Shown here piece after piece: positions 28,501-39,410 of a DNA stretch of 64,000 nucleotides. Under the pieces are notes generated by a model. The model was not told the DNA's origin and did not search any database. It worked only from the letters and a program-made list of their open reading frames with translations. Source of the stretch: Sphagnum compactum. Lineage: Eukaryota. Both the position numbers and the translations under genes were made by a program. Within the stretch, counting starts at the first letter, position 1. Every line of letters begins with the position of its first letter. The stretch is taken from positions 11,274,213 through 11,338,212 of the forward strand of contig OZ234493.1 of the NCBI GenBank assembly GCA_965153455.1, read 5' to 3'.

Positions 28501-28600
28501 TGCATAATATACATGATAGAAGTGTCAAGATTTTATTAAAAAACTACTTATATTTAAGTTATACAAATTATAAACTACGTATCGAAAAATGCACAATTTC
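25560..28600 (-). mobile_element. Possible second, more decayed DNA-transposon relic
   Basis: Very AT-rich and ORF-free. Minus-strand remnants such as LLDANFWRG (about 27400-27425) recall hAT transposases, and the left end has ACCT-rich and TGACTA/TAGTCA subterminal-like repeats. Weak support. Confidence 0.25.
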
Positions 28601-29845
28601 AGATAATAAACCAACATATGAACATCATGTATCAATATCTTTCATGAGAATAGAGAAATCTCCGTTCTCCCGATGAAGAAGAAACAGCAAGGCTAACACT
28701 TCCTCAGGAAGCCACAGAAAGAACCAAACAAGGGAAGACAAAAAACCAAACAAAAAACCAAAAAAACACACACACGGGTATGAACAAAAGTGCCAGTCAT
28801 CATGTATCAAATAAAGTCCTTAGAAAATAAAGCGGAGTAGAATAGAAAATACTCTGGATTAAGGCATATACACAATAATAGGGAACCAATGCCACCAAAA
28901 ATTATTGCTTCATAAACCTTTTCAGCCAGTTCTCAAGACCCATATTGATAATAGGTTACAGACCAGGGTTGCACACGTACATTTATACAACTGGTTTAAT
29001 CACACTATGGTCCTCATATCACCCTGTTTTGTCATGGTTCAACAAAATACATTTCATCCTGCCAAGAAATTCCTAGTAAAGAGTTTTGCTGAATAACCAA
29101 GACCAACATCGTAGCGAGCAAGACCACACACCATAGCTATGTCATTCTTGTGTCAGCTCCAACAAGATGTAAACATAGACACAAGAATGATTGTAGTTAT
29201 AATTTTACAAGGGTCATTGACATAGTGTCACAAAATCTTACCTTCATTATGAACACGGCGGCGGTGACTAGTTGACATGACTTCTGCCATTGACTTCATC
29301 ATCAGCTCCCAAATGTCCATGTGAATGAAGTACCTATATAACAATCTGCCAAACATTTCCAGCGAAGTATTATACAAAAAATTGCATCCTGAGTTTCTGT
29401 CACATTTCCAGAAGCAACAGGAAGACTTGGTTATGATGTTGAGTCAAGACACAATGTACATTGCTGGCAGGTAACACAACTCCTTAATGAAAATTCAACA
29501 CAAAGCTCCACGTCTTTGAACAGTCCTAGGTAAAGCAAATTGTATCCCTTGTATGTTGGTGCCCAGCTCTCTAATAATCAAGTGGGACATTTTTGCATCT
29601 CGTTCATTTACACATGATGTGACATTGGCTGAGCAAGTAGCGCATTTGGGCACATCTGCTCTCAACAGCAACCCAAAATGGCATATTACCTACTATTGAA
29701 CTCTCAATTCAGTTCATCAACACTACAATCTTTCATCAAGCAACTAGTGCTTTTCCTTATCAGCTCAGAAAATGTACTCACAACCCACTGTATAAGTATG
29801 TTAGGCCAATTCTCTTTCAACTCCCCAAATTAATTTACTCCCCTT

Positions 29846-32836
29846 TCATTTGCCTCGTGCTCTCCAATGATTATCATTGACAGATCCAACATCTAAAAGT
29901 TCTGTCAGAACAACCCGCATCTTCTCCAGTGAAATGGGCTTGAGAATGACCCGGTCCATTCCCAAGCTTAGACACCGTTCCCGGGTTGCCATATCTGTGT
30001 TGGCGGTGAGAGCAACAAGTAGAGGCCGCTCATGCCTAGCAAACTTTTCTTGAATGCGAATAGCAACTTCATACCCATCCATGTCAGGCATGCATACATC
30101 CAGTAACAGAACTTGGAATGACTGGCCCGGCTGGGAAATAACTTGTAAACATTCCCGGCCAGAGCTGACTACTGTAACCTCACAGCCAAGCCGCATCAGC
30201 AATCCCCTTGTCACCATCCGGTTCACTCTGGAAACAACAACAATATCAGCCAACAGGAACAAGAACATCTGTAGTGAACCTAAATAGAATGCAGAGGAAA
30301 ATTTACTCATGCTTACCCATTATCATCAGTGACTAGAACTCTGACACCACTGAAGTCAGTGCGCAGATGGGTTGATTGTTGTACAGTTGCTGATTGGCGG
30401 TCCAGCTCATTTGGATGCTCTGGAAGACCAAGCTTCACCACAAAAGTAACAACTGTCCCCTTCCCAATACCTTCACTCTCCACCCATATATGGCCATCCA
30501 TCAAATTCACAAACCTGCAGCAGGCAAAGCGAACCACCCATTCCATGACTCACAATTCATCCATCAAAAACTCACTGTTTGAATAGAAGATGCTATCTTT
30601 CTTGTTGATGTGGTTATGATCATACCTCTTGCAAATTGCTAAACCAAGGCCTGTGCCACCATAGTTCCTGGTGGTAGTTGAGTCAGCTTGCAAAAACTTG
30701 TTGAAAAGCTTTGGAATATCTTGGGGATCGAGACCCACACCTGTGTCACGCACCTGGATCCCACAGTGCATTGCGGTTCAACAATGACAACCTTGAATTT
30801 GACATCTTCTCAGAATGTAGCAATCCATGAACAGACAATAAGGAGGATGCTTAAAAATTCTAGATTGAAGGAGTGAGACACAAAGATGACAACAAAAGGC
30901 CCACCAAAAAAAGATAACCAGAGGGATAGTACCTCCACTCTAATATAGCAGTGCTGCTCTCCCTGCATGGGATGGAATTCAGGCACCAAAGGATCCACCG
31001 TATGCTCTGGTCTCTCTAGGCAAACTTTGATTGAAATGCTGCCCTCCTTTGTGAACTTGACAGCATTGCCAACTACATTTAGAGCTGTCTGCATTAGGCG
31101 CTTGTCATCACCAACAACAATAGGTGGAAGACCTGGTGCTAACGTTAGGGAGACTTGAAGCTTCTTCAATGAAGTTATAGGTTTCACTAAATTCCTCACC
31201 TGCACACATCCAAGCATTAACATTTGGAATCAAAAAGACTGACATTGAAATTTACAACTGAAGAATCTTGCATCTGTGAAGAATTCACTTTTGTGCCACC
31301 CCCAAAAATTCTATTATTCCAGATGCACAGTGACAACTAGACTACCACTGGACATAACAAAACAAGAATGAAGCTTACATCGATAAAAATCTGAGGGAGC
31401 TTGAAAGTGTTCATGTCAAGCTCCAGACTGCCATCTTCCAGGCGAGAGAGGTCCAACACATCATTGATGAGAGTGGCTAGGAGGTTACTACTCTTGAGAA
31501 CAGTGTCCACCATCGACCGCTGTTCGGGAGTCAATTCTGTTTCCTGCAATAGAGAAGACAGTGCAATGATGGCATGCATGGGTGTGCGCATTTCATGGTT
31601 CATGACAGCCAAGAAATCATTCCGAGCACAGATTGCTGTCTCTGCTTCTCGCCTCGCCATATCCAGTTGCACATTCTGTTCCATCAGAAGATCCCTCGCT
31701 TGCATTGTTTCCTCCAGTATCGCAGCATGGGAAAGTGCCACTGCTACCTGCAGCGAAACCACAGCTTCAATATACCTTTCAGATGGAAGAACCTGTGTTT
31801 CTTCAATAGTAGCAGATTTTTGTTTCTTCTTGCACAACAAAAATCCTTGCAAACTACAACCAGACCTGTCACAGACGAGAATGTCAAAGAGAGGCAGAAG
31901 GTTCTCAGTTCTCACCTGATCGGCCACAACTTCCACAAGCTCGAGTTCATAGACATGCCATCTGCGAGCGCTATCAGAGGGCAACATGAGAACCATGAGC
32001 GCGAACGGCCGCTTGCTGGAATCCGGCCAATCTCCGGGATGGAAATTGGTCAAATGGAGGAGCGGAACACGAACAGCGACGACATCTCCGATCACGTACT
32101 TGCCTTGTCGAGGCCGACTGATACAAACAGGGCTGTTGGGCGAGATGACGACGGCGCGATTACTGCTAAACACTTGCTTGATAGTTGTGTGATGAATCGG
32201 AACAGTAATAAGACCGAAATCGGTTTGTCGCAGAGTGTGTGAGAGTTGCACCTCTTGTCCATTCTTGGTAGGCATCCAGAGGTTACATTCTTCCAGAGAA
32301 AGGGTCTTACCTAACTCGACGAGCGTGGTTTTGAGAATTGTGTTCTTGTCCAACGTGCTACGGATCTCGTGAGTGAGCATACGCACATGACGACCGGTTT
32401 CTTCTTGTGTGCGTATCAGTCCCATTTCCCGATCAAGTTCCGCGGCTTTGTTCTTCAAGAAAAGCTCGCGTGTCTTGACGCTAAGCAAGTCCGGGATAAT
32501 ATGTACCAGCATGAGCGCCGTTGCACATGAAACCACGGCCGTGAAGATCTTGGCCACTGTCAATACAACCGCCACGGCTCGCGTGTGCGCACTGAAGGTC
32601 CACAAGTTGATGAAGTGCGTGGCTCCGCAGAGAACGATGAAGGCACCGAACTGAACCAAAACCCATCGGTATGGGAAAATAGCCGATTTCTTCACAAAAT
32701 AGATCAGCTCTAATGGAATCGAGAAATACGCCAACGCTATGAAGAAATCTGAGATGTATTGATATCGCATGAGCAGATCGTCCGGAGGCCATGCCGGCTC
32801 CACACAGTTGCATAACTCCATCTCCTTCGTCTCCAC
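29846..32836 (-). CDS. ETR1: Subfamily-I ethylene receptor (3 TM helices, GAF, histidine kinase, receiver). Exons 32836-31916, 31747-31379, 31199-30933, 30753-30626, 30514-30317, 30227-29846
   Basis: N-terminal [23 protein letters not shown], Cu-binding LCGATH, H-box NHEMRTPM, N-box [10 protein letters not shown]1 DTGVG, G2 GGTGLGL, and receiver [11 protein letters not shown]. Canonical GT-AG introns in frame. Confidence 0.96.
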
Positions 32837-33659
32837 ATCCCCCCAAAACCCTCTCTCTCATCTACTTCTCCACATCCCCTCTTCTCTCCCAAAAAAAAAT
32901 TCCAAAAAAAACCACCCAAAAAAAAAAGCTACTCTTGTTCCTCCTTCTTCAAATATTCTCTCACAGAAACCTTGCACAAAAACACTAAAAAGAACTTCTG
33001 CAAATGCTCGTCGCGAGGAGCTCGAGAAACACTGGGACGATTGCACGAAGAAACTTGTGTGGTGGACTAAGTGCTTGCGAGTCCCGTCCAGGAAGGAGTC
33101 TGGAAACATTTACTTATTACTTATTACTTATTACCACAAGTGAAAAAACAATTACTTAAGGTAATTAACATTTTCTTTTAGAAAAATACTAAATATTAAA
33201 TTAAATTTTCTTTCAGTGAATTAGGGCTTCCAAAATATTTTCAAAATTATGGTGCACAATAATAATAATAATAATAATAATAATGATAATAATATCCTTT
33301 TTTTAAAGAAAAAATTCTTTTTATTTTCCATAACTATTGTGGTACCAGGGATTTTTATTTTTATTTTATTTTTGTCAAATTTGTTAGGTATGTGGGGATT
33401 TTCATTTTCATTTTCATTTTAAAATTTTTAAATTTTGGAAAAGAGAATTGTTCGAGAGGGTAAAAGACACACACACGGATTTCTGAAATTTTTTACCCCC
33501 CCGTTCATTTCGGGTAAATTCTAAATAATGACAAGTGGCTAGCAGGAAAGATGACAAGTGGCCATGTACTTGTTACTTTGCAGTGAATAGAAGTAAATTT
33601 GGTTCCGTGAAATGGTTAAAACAATTCACCAGTGAAAAGTTACCAGAGTTTTAGGGTTT

Positions 33660-34750
33660 GGCGCTCTCGGAAAACAGCGAAATGTGTGCGTGTGTTTTTT
33701 CGCTTTCGTGAATTTTGTTTTGAGGTTAGTGCGAATTAGTCTTTTCTTCTATTTAGGGTTTTAAAAGATCTTTTAGGGTTCTGTCCTTCAGTTTTTCTAA
33801 AAATTAATTTTAAAAATTTGATTGTTTTGGTGGGGTTTTCTAGTAAGAATCTGCCAAAAGCTTCTCCTCCAAGCGCGTCTTTCGTGTTCGCTTTGCTGTC
33901 GTTTCGGCTGCGAGCAGGCTACTAGACTACACTTGATCGAAGGGGTTCATTGGAATTGCGTAACACCCCCGCTGGTGATGAGCTCTGACCAAGACAGTTG
34001 AACAGTGTCTTGGGGGAAAACTTTGTTGCTGGTAATGTATGGTCAGAGCTAGGGAGTATTTTTAGGGCTCTGCTTTTACCATCTACAGGGGTGATGCAAG
34101 ATGGAGCACGCAATGCGGGGAAGGTGTGTGATGTGGGGCCTGCCTGGAGAAGCGTAGCATTGTTGTTCAGCAAATCATGGCAGCTTTTCTTCGTGGATGA
34201 AGGTCTGACACTTTTGTGAGCTATGACTCTCTCTCATAAGGTCATCACTGACTACTCATTGTCATGTGATCCTTCACGTTTTGTTGCTGTGGAGATTTCT
34301 CTGCAAATTTCATGGTTTTCAGAAAATTCTCTGCCTGCTTTTGTGGATCAACCGTTTTGATAAATCACAAAATCTGTTTGCCAAATTCAAAGCTTGTTCC
34401 CTGGAAGATTTCACATTTTCTGCTGCTGGTTTGCCCCAATTGCCGGGCTGATGTATCTATCTCCTAAAGATTTTTGACAATTGTGCAAGATGCTGAAGCT
34501 GGCCTCACAGCCAAACAAATAAAAAGAAGTAAGTCTATTGCAAAGTGGAAAGTTCAAGAGTTGGGGTTCCTGTTGGAGATGTTTATGGTCTCTTTTTGTT
34601 GTTTGGTCAGAAGTCTCAATATCCTTCACAACAGGTGTGATTTAGGGTTTAAGGTCTATTCAAGTTTTTTTACAGAGCAGCATTACATATCGTTCCGGAC
34701 ATTATCTGTCACATTTGACACTTGAGAATCTAAGATGTGTGGAATCAAAA
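33660..34750 (+). ncRNA. Candidate non-coding transcript (possible snoRNA or miRNA host) with multiple stem-loops
   Basis: Telo-boxes TAGGGTTT at 33652 and 33754, donor GAG|GTTAGT at 33725, acceptor TTTTTTTACAG at 34675, no recognisable ORF, and extended inverted complementarity at 33914-34143 and 34511-34606. No known RNA family was recognised. Confidence 0.4.
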
Positions 34751-35218
34751 AAAGTCTTCATTTGGGAAGATGAAGTTTGCTGCTGAGACAAACAAAGATG
34801 AAAGGTGAGCACTGTCTGTAATAAACCCTGCTCCAACTCTTGCTCACAGAGTTGTAAAGAATGACAATACTTCAATCAAGAGCGAGGAGAAAAACCTGGT
34901 GAAGTTTTGAGCCCCTGGAAGCATGTGAGCCACCTTCAATCAGCTCAAGACTGTATGTCTTCAAGTATGGCACAATGCACTGAAAGGCAGCAGTGAAGAG
35001 TTGCAGACATCCCAACTGACCATTCATCATGTAGCAAGTATAACATCATTTGAGAAAAGACTTCATGGTTGATTATTATCACCTGGTCACATTAACATTG
35101 GTTTTAGAAATGAATGTGCATGATCACCTTCTGGGTAACAAAAAAAATTACTAGAAAAAAGAATCATGGATTTGTAGTGGTACACTGTTTCTACCAAGTT
35201 TAGAAATGGAAAATTACA

Positions 35219-37597
35219 TCATCCTTTAGTGGGGAAAGGTATAGATGTGAGGGGTTCACACAGTGTGACATATTCTTGCCGAAGACCAGTGAAGCCTGAC
35301 AGTCCCAGTGGCCGAAACTTAAGCAGGGCTGTGGGAACCAAATCTGCTGCCGCCAGTGTGACAGCTGCCTTTTCACTGGAGTCTGGTGATGAAGAAGGCA
35401 CCACCCGGCATTTGCTTGCTAGTGGAAGTGATAGCTCAAATTCAGTGTTGGCATTGTTTAACACTGAGGCTACATACTGCAATTGCTCACATACCACATA
35501 ATCAAAGGAGAAATTAGTCACGATCATGAGGGACAGCGACTGTAAACAGACTTGGAAAGAAGAAAAGTCAGGGTAAGGCATACCTGGTAAATGGCACTTG
35601 TAAGCTCTCCTGGTAGAAACATTCCTTGCAAAACAATACCATCTGGAAATTGAACGCGGATTACTACTGCCTTGTAACGCTGTTGTGCAATTGAAGCTTG
35701 CTTTGCTCTAAATGACTTTGGAATAAGGAGTTGCCCCTCTTCCAGTCTCTTCTTGCGAGCTGCAGCTTCCATCTTCACTTCTGACGCAGTGAGCTCAAAG
35801 AAGGAGTCAGGAAGCTCAATCTTTGCAGCTTGATTCTCATCTGATGCGTGAAACAGCCGCATCTGGTGACATGAGACTACTCAGCAATGGGCAAAACACA
35901 AAAAGAATTCCAACTTGGGGAGGAGCAACTACAGATAAGAAACCATCATTTCTACAGCAAGAAGGACTTCAGAAGAGGTGATTGATTATTTATGTTCACA
36001 CCTGCCTATCCACCTTTCGTAATTCCAGCTGGTTTGCTGGAACAGAAGGCCGTGAAGAAACCTGTGATGCAGTGGTGGATGGCAATGATCCTGAGACATA
36101 GTGGGGTTCCAACAAAACCAATGCCTGCTTAATCCTCCCCAGTTGAGTTTCTGAAGTATCATCCATCACTGCCACAACTTCCTCTCCATCTGCAATCAAG
36201 TGAAAACCTACAGATTCCAGGAATTCTACCCCACCCAGTGCCATTCCAACAGTTTCCCTAATCTTTGGGTTCGCTAATCGTACTCGCCTGAATTTCTCAG
36301 CTTTAGAATCACCCAAAATGTTGCTTAAAAGCCGCACAAACACACCCAATGTTGCATTCGAAGGCCCTCCTAACAAAAGCATCCTCACTGCTTCCCCTAA
36401 GTCCTGCATTGATTTGTCACTACCATCATCATTGTGTCCACCTCTCCCTCCATCACTGCTGCATTTTCCTCTCCCTCCACCATTGCTGCATTCCCTTCCC
36501 CCTCCATCAATGCTGTGATCCCCTTTCCCTTCATCACTGCTGTGATCCGCTCTTCCTCCATGACTGCCATGACCCCCTCTTCCTCCATCATTGCCATCCA
36601 TACAACCTGACGATGAAGTTGCCAAGCAGTCCTCCAAATGTGCAGAGACTTCTGTCTCTGAGTTCCACCACTTTTGGCATACAGGGCACTGGACATTCTT
36701 TTCCTGAGAAGTTTCAGACATGCAGTATTTGCACATAAGTGACATGAATCAATTGCCACAAAAAGCACCACCAGAAAACAATCACCCAGCAGCAGAAATG
36801 AGAGATTCACTGGAATGAGCATCACCTCTTCCGAAACAAAAAACACATATCTATTAAATTGCAGAGAAATCTGCACTACAGAAATCCACAGATAGCACGG
36901 CAATGAGTACAGTCATAACCCTAATGAGAGTCCTTTGCTCACAGAGTGTCAGACCTTCATCACCTTCTTCATCATCTCTTTGCAAATAAACTGCAGCAAA
37001 TTAGAGTCTAAACCCTAATATGTTCTTCATGCTCCTTTTCCTGTGGCTGGATGATGATGATGATGATCAAACTGCCATGAGTTTTGTTTTCTCCTCTAAC
37101 CTAATTCACTGTAACCATATAATGTAGTGACTGACCTGTGTGAGATTCAAGCTTGACGACTTGTATGAGCCGATGACAGAAGTGAAGGGATCAAAAGCAG
37201 CAGCAGCAGCAGCAGTAGGAGTCGATGCTGCCTTTGCGATTAAAAAGTTTTGCGACGGCCGTTGTGCATCAGTTGATGACGACAACGGCGGCATCTCTTC
37301 AGATACCGCTCGTCTGTGCGGTCCATTACTGCTCAGGTTTGACGTTCTTTCTCTCTCCCATTTCTCTTGCTGTAATTTGCGCCAATCGCCTTGCTGCTGC
37401 TGTTGCCGCTGCCCCGACTCCGGCTTTCTCCAGGGACTACTTTTACTATCGGTGACGTTGCTGGACGATGCAGAAGAAGAGGCAGTGGAGCTCTGGGATC
37501 CAAGCTTGTGGCCTTGACCCTTGAACTTGGGAGTGACGACAAACGGGTTCCGGAACTTCTTGATCAGATCCTTGGTTTTTTCTTTCACATCATCCAT
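35219..37597 (-). CDS. PUX2: Plant UBX-domain protein with UBZ-like zinc finger, PUB and UBX domains (CDC48/p97 adaptor, PUX2-like). Exons 37597-37136, 36703-36002, 35862-35584, 35476-35219
   Basis: MDDVKEK...KFKGQGHKLG N-terminus, CPVC-x11-HLEDC finger, PUB segment LLSNIL...EKFRRVRLANPKI...GGVEFLESVGF, and UBX segment IELPDSFFELT...VIRVQFPDGIVLQGMF...LVPTALLKF. Confidence 0.88.
36441..36602 (-). repeat. 27-bp coding minisatellite, 6 copies, in PUX2 exon 2
   Basis: Plus-strand unit approximately CCTCTCCCTCCATCACTGCTG(C/T)nnnnn, encoding 9-aa repeats of the type DGGRGGHxS. Confidence 0.85.
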
Positions 37598-37859
37598 GGC
37601 CGTTCTTCCCTCTCTTTCTCTAGCAAACGACCAGCAACCAAAAAACCACAAAACTTCTCCAAACACAAAACCTTGAGAAGCAAACATAAAACCACAAACA
37701 ACAGACAGAAACAAAACTGTTCTCCAAAACACACACGCACACGCAAACCTAAAGCTCGCCACAACAACCTCCCCGACCTACCTACCTACCTACCTACCTA
37801 CCTACCCACCCAGTGCTTTCTTTTTCACTACCTACCTACCAGCCTTTTTTTCCTGGCTA

Positions 37860-38160
37860 TATCAGTGTTATTTTTTGCTTTTGGCGAGATTTCGCCAAAT
37901 TTCGACCTCGAAAATATGATTTCGACCTATACAAAGGATTTTTCATGGAAAAAAAAAGACCCAAATTCGCCAGATTTTGAAGAAAAAAAAAATCCAAATC
38001 GCCAGATTTTAATGATGAGTACCAGTAGGTAGCTAAGAATGTAGAAGAATTCTGGCTTTTTCTACTTTCAAGTCTGGTATGCAACCAAATCTGGCTAAAT
38101 CATCTTATGGATGATTGCCACTTCAGCTACATCACAAAAATTGAAAAAAAAAAAAAAAAA
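37860..38160. mobile_element. MITE-like dispersed repeat family A. Related copies at about 6390-6670, 7630-7800 (inverted), 47150-47320, 47375-47660, 47770-47890 and 55560-55790 (inverted)
   Basis: Shared core TGGCTAAAT..CTTATGGATGATTG..AC.T..GCTACATCACAAAATTG followed by an A-run, found in both orientations. Non-coding. Confidence 0.7.
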
Positions 38161-38572
38161 AACACCCTAGGCTAAATATATATATAGCCAAAATGATTTA
38201 TTGAAAATAAAAAAGTGTTAAAATAATTTTTGGTATTATAACAATTCTACTGGCAATTCTAGTATAATGGCCCACTTAGGCCTACTTCTTACAGAATGGG
38301 TTACCAAGCTGAAACTAGATATTATTAACTCAGTTGAAGTTCATCCACAACTGAATCATTAACAAGGCATCCAGTGAATGGGTTGTGCTGATGGGTGCTG
38401 GTTCACTAGGGCCAAGTTATTGACTGAGTGAAGCATAATCCTTAAAAAGCATCAACAAGAATTGTGTGACATAGGGAGCTTGAAACATTAAAGTTATCCT
38501 TAAGTCAGGCGATTAGGGTTGGTGAGAACGCCGAGTTTTTTTTGGCATAATAAGGCATCAAATGGGGAACTG

Positions 38573-38850
38573 GGAATGAAATTTTACAAAACAAAATAAC
38601 TCGGACCCAAACTAGTTTTTTCCACCAATTTTGGTGGTAAATTGAGTTTCATCCCCTTTTTCCTGAGCGCCTCCACTGCTGCTACATATAATTTTCACTG
38701 CTCTTACGTGTACCCTAGTTGTGCTCATTTGATTCTCTTGTCTATGTGTATCCTCCTCAGCATGCGGAAATCAAAGGCCAACTACTATAATTACTCTCGA
38801 ACCTTGTGCATTAAATGCTGAGTTTCAGCATTTCATACTGAGATTTTTAA
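38573..38850 (+). repeat. Dispersed repeat family B. Further copies at about 45665-45810 and 54912-55140
   Basis: Shared CCCAAACTAGTTTT..CCACCAATTTT.GGTGGTAAA (38573 and 54912 copies) and GCTACATAT...TTTTCACTGCTC...CTTGTG.ATTAAATGC.GAGTTT.AGCATTTCATAC (all three copies). Confidence 0.82.
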
Positions 38851-39189
38851 TAAAATTTTCAACTTTGTGAAAGCGTTGGAGTGGCAACAGTCACTTGGAT
38901 GACTCAGCTCACATGACAATCGTCTCCAGGAATATTTACTAAATCTGACATAAATTTTTAAATATTAAGCTAGGTAGTTATGGTCCTTCTTAGATTCTGG
39001 CTACAAGTGGCCTACAATGGGTTGTTATTCGGCGATTTTTGTTGTATTGTGATATGAGTTCTGGTGATATGAGACTCCAAATATCACCAGATTTTTCAAG
39101 CTACCAAACTTTTTTTGTTGCCATCTGACAATATTTCACCAGAAAAAAAAAGGGCTGCTTTGCAGATATCACTGAAAGAGGGGATAGTG

Positions 39190-39410
39190 GGTGAAAGAGA
39201 GGGTGACTTGCACACCTACATATAAGAGTGTAATAAATATGATCTGACCAGTGCTCCCTAGTTTTGATTGGCCAATCATAATGATCGATCCAGGTGGTTT
39301 GCTCTTAATAGTCTCCCACCTATTTGCAGTCCCAGTTTTAGTTTTATGGGTGAGGTTGCAAAAAAGTAAATAACAAAACTTGGTAGTCCAGAAATATTTT
39401 TGCACCATCA
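39190..39410 (-). repeat. Dispersed repeat family C, second copy
   Basis: Reverse-complement similarity to 7985-8180. Confidence 0.78.

Noticed and set aside
34221-34242. CTATGACTCTC...TAAGGT resembling 25S rRNA helix 69
   Set aside because: A short, interrupted, same-sense match with no flanking rRNA similarity. It is not an rRNA gene or an antisense guide.
34630-34745. Telomerase RNA on the minus strand (template-like TAAACCCTAAA at about 34641-34651)
   Set aside because: Only a loose USE-like sequence and no properly spaced TATA box. Single telomeric units are scattered throughout this window.
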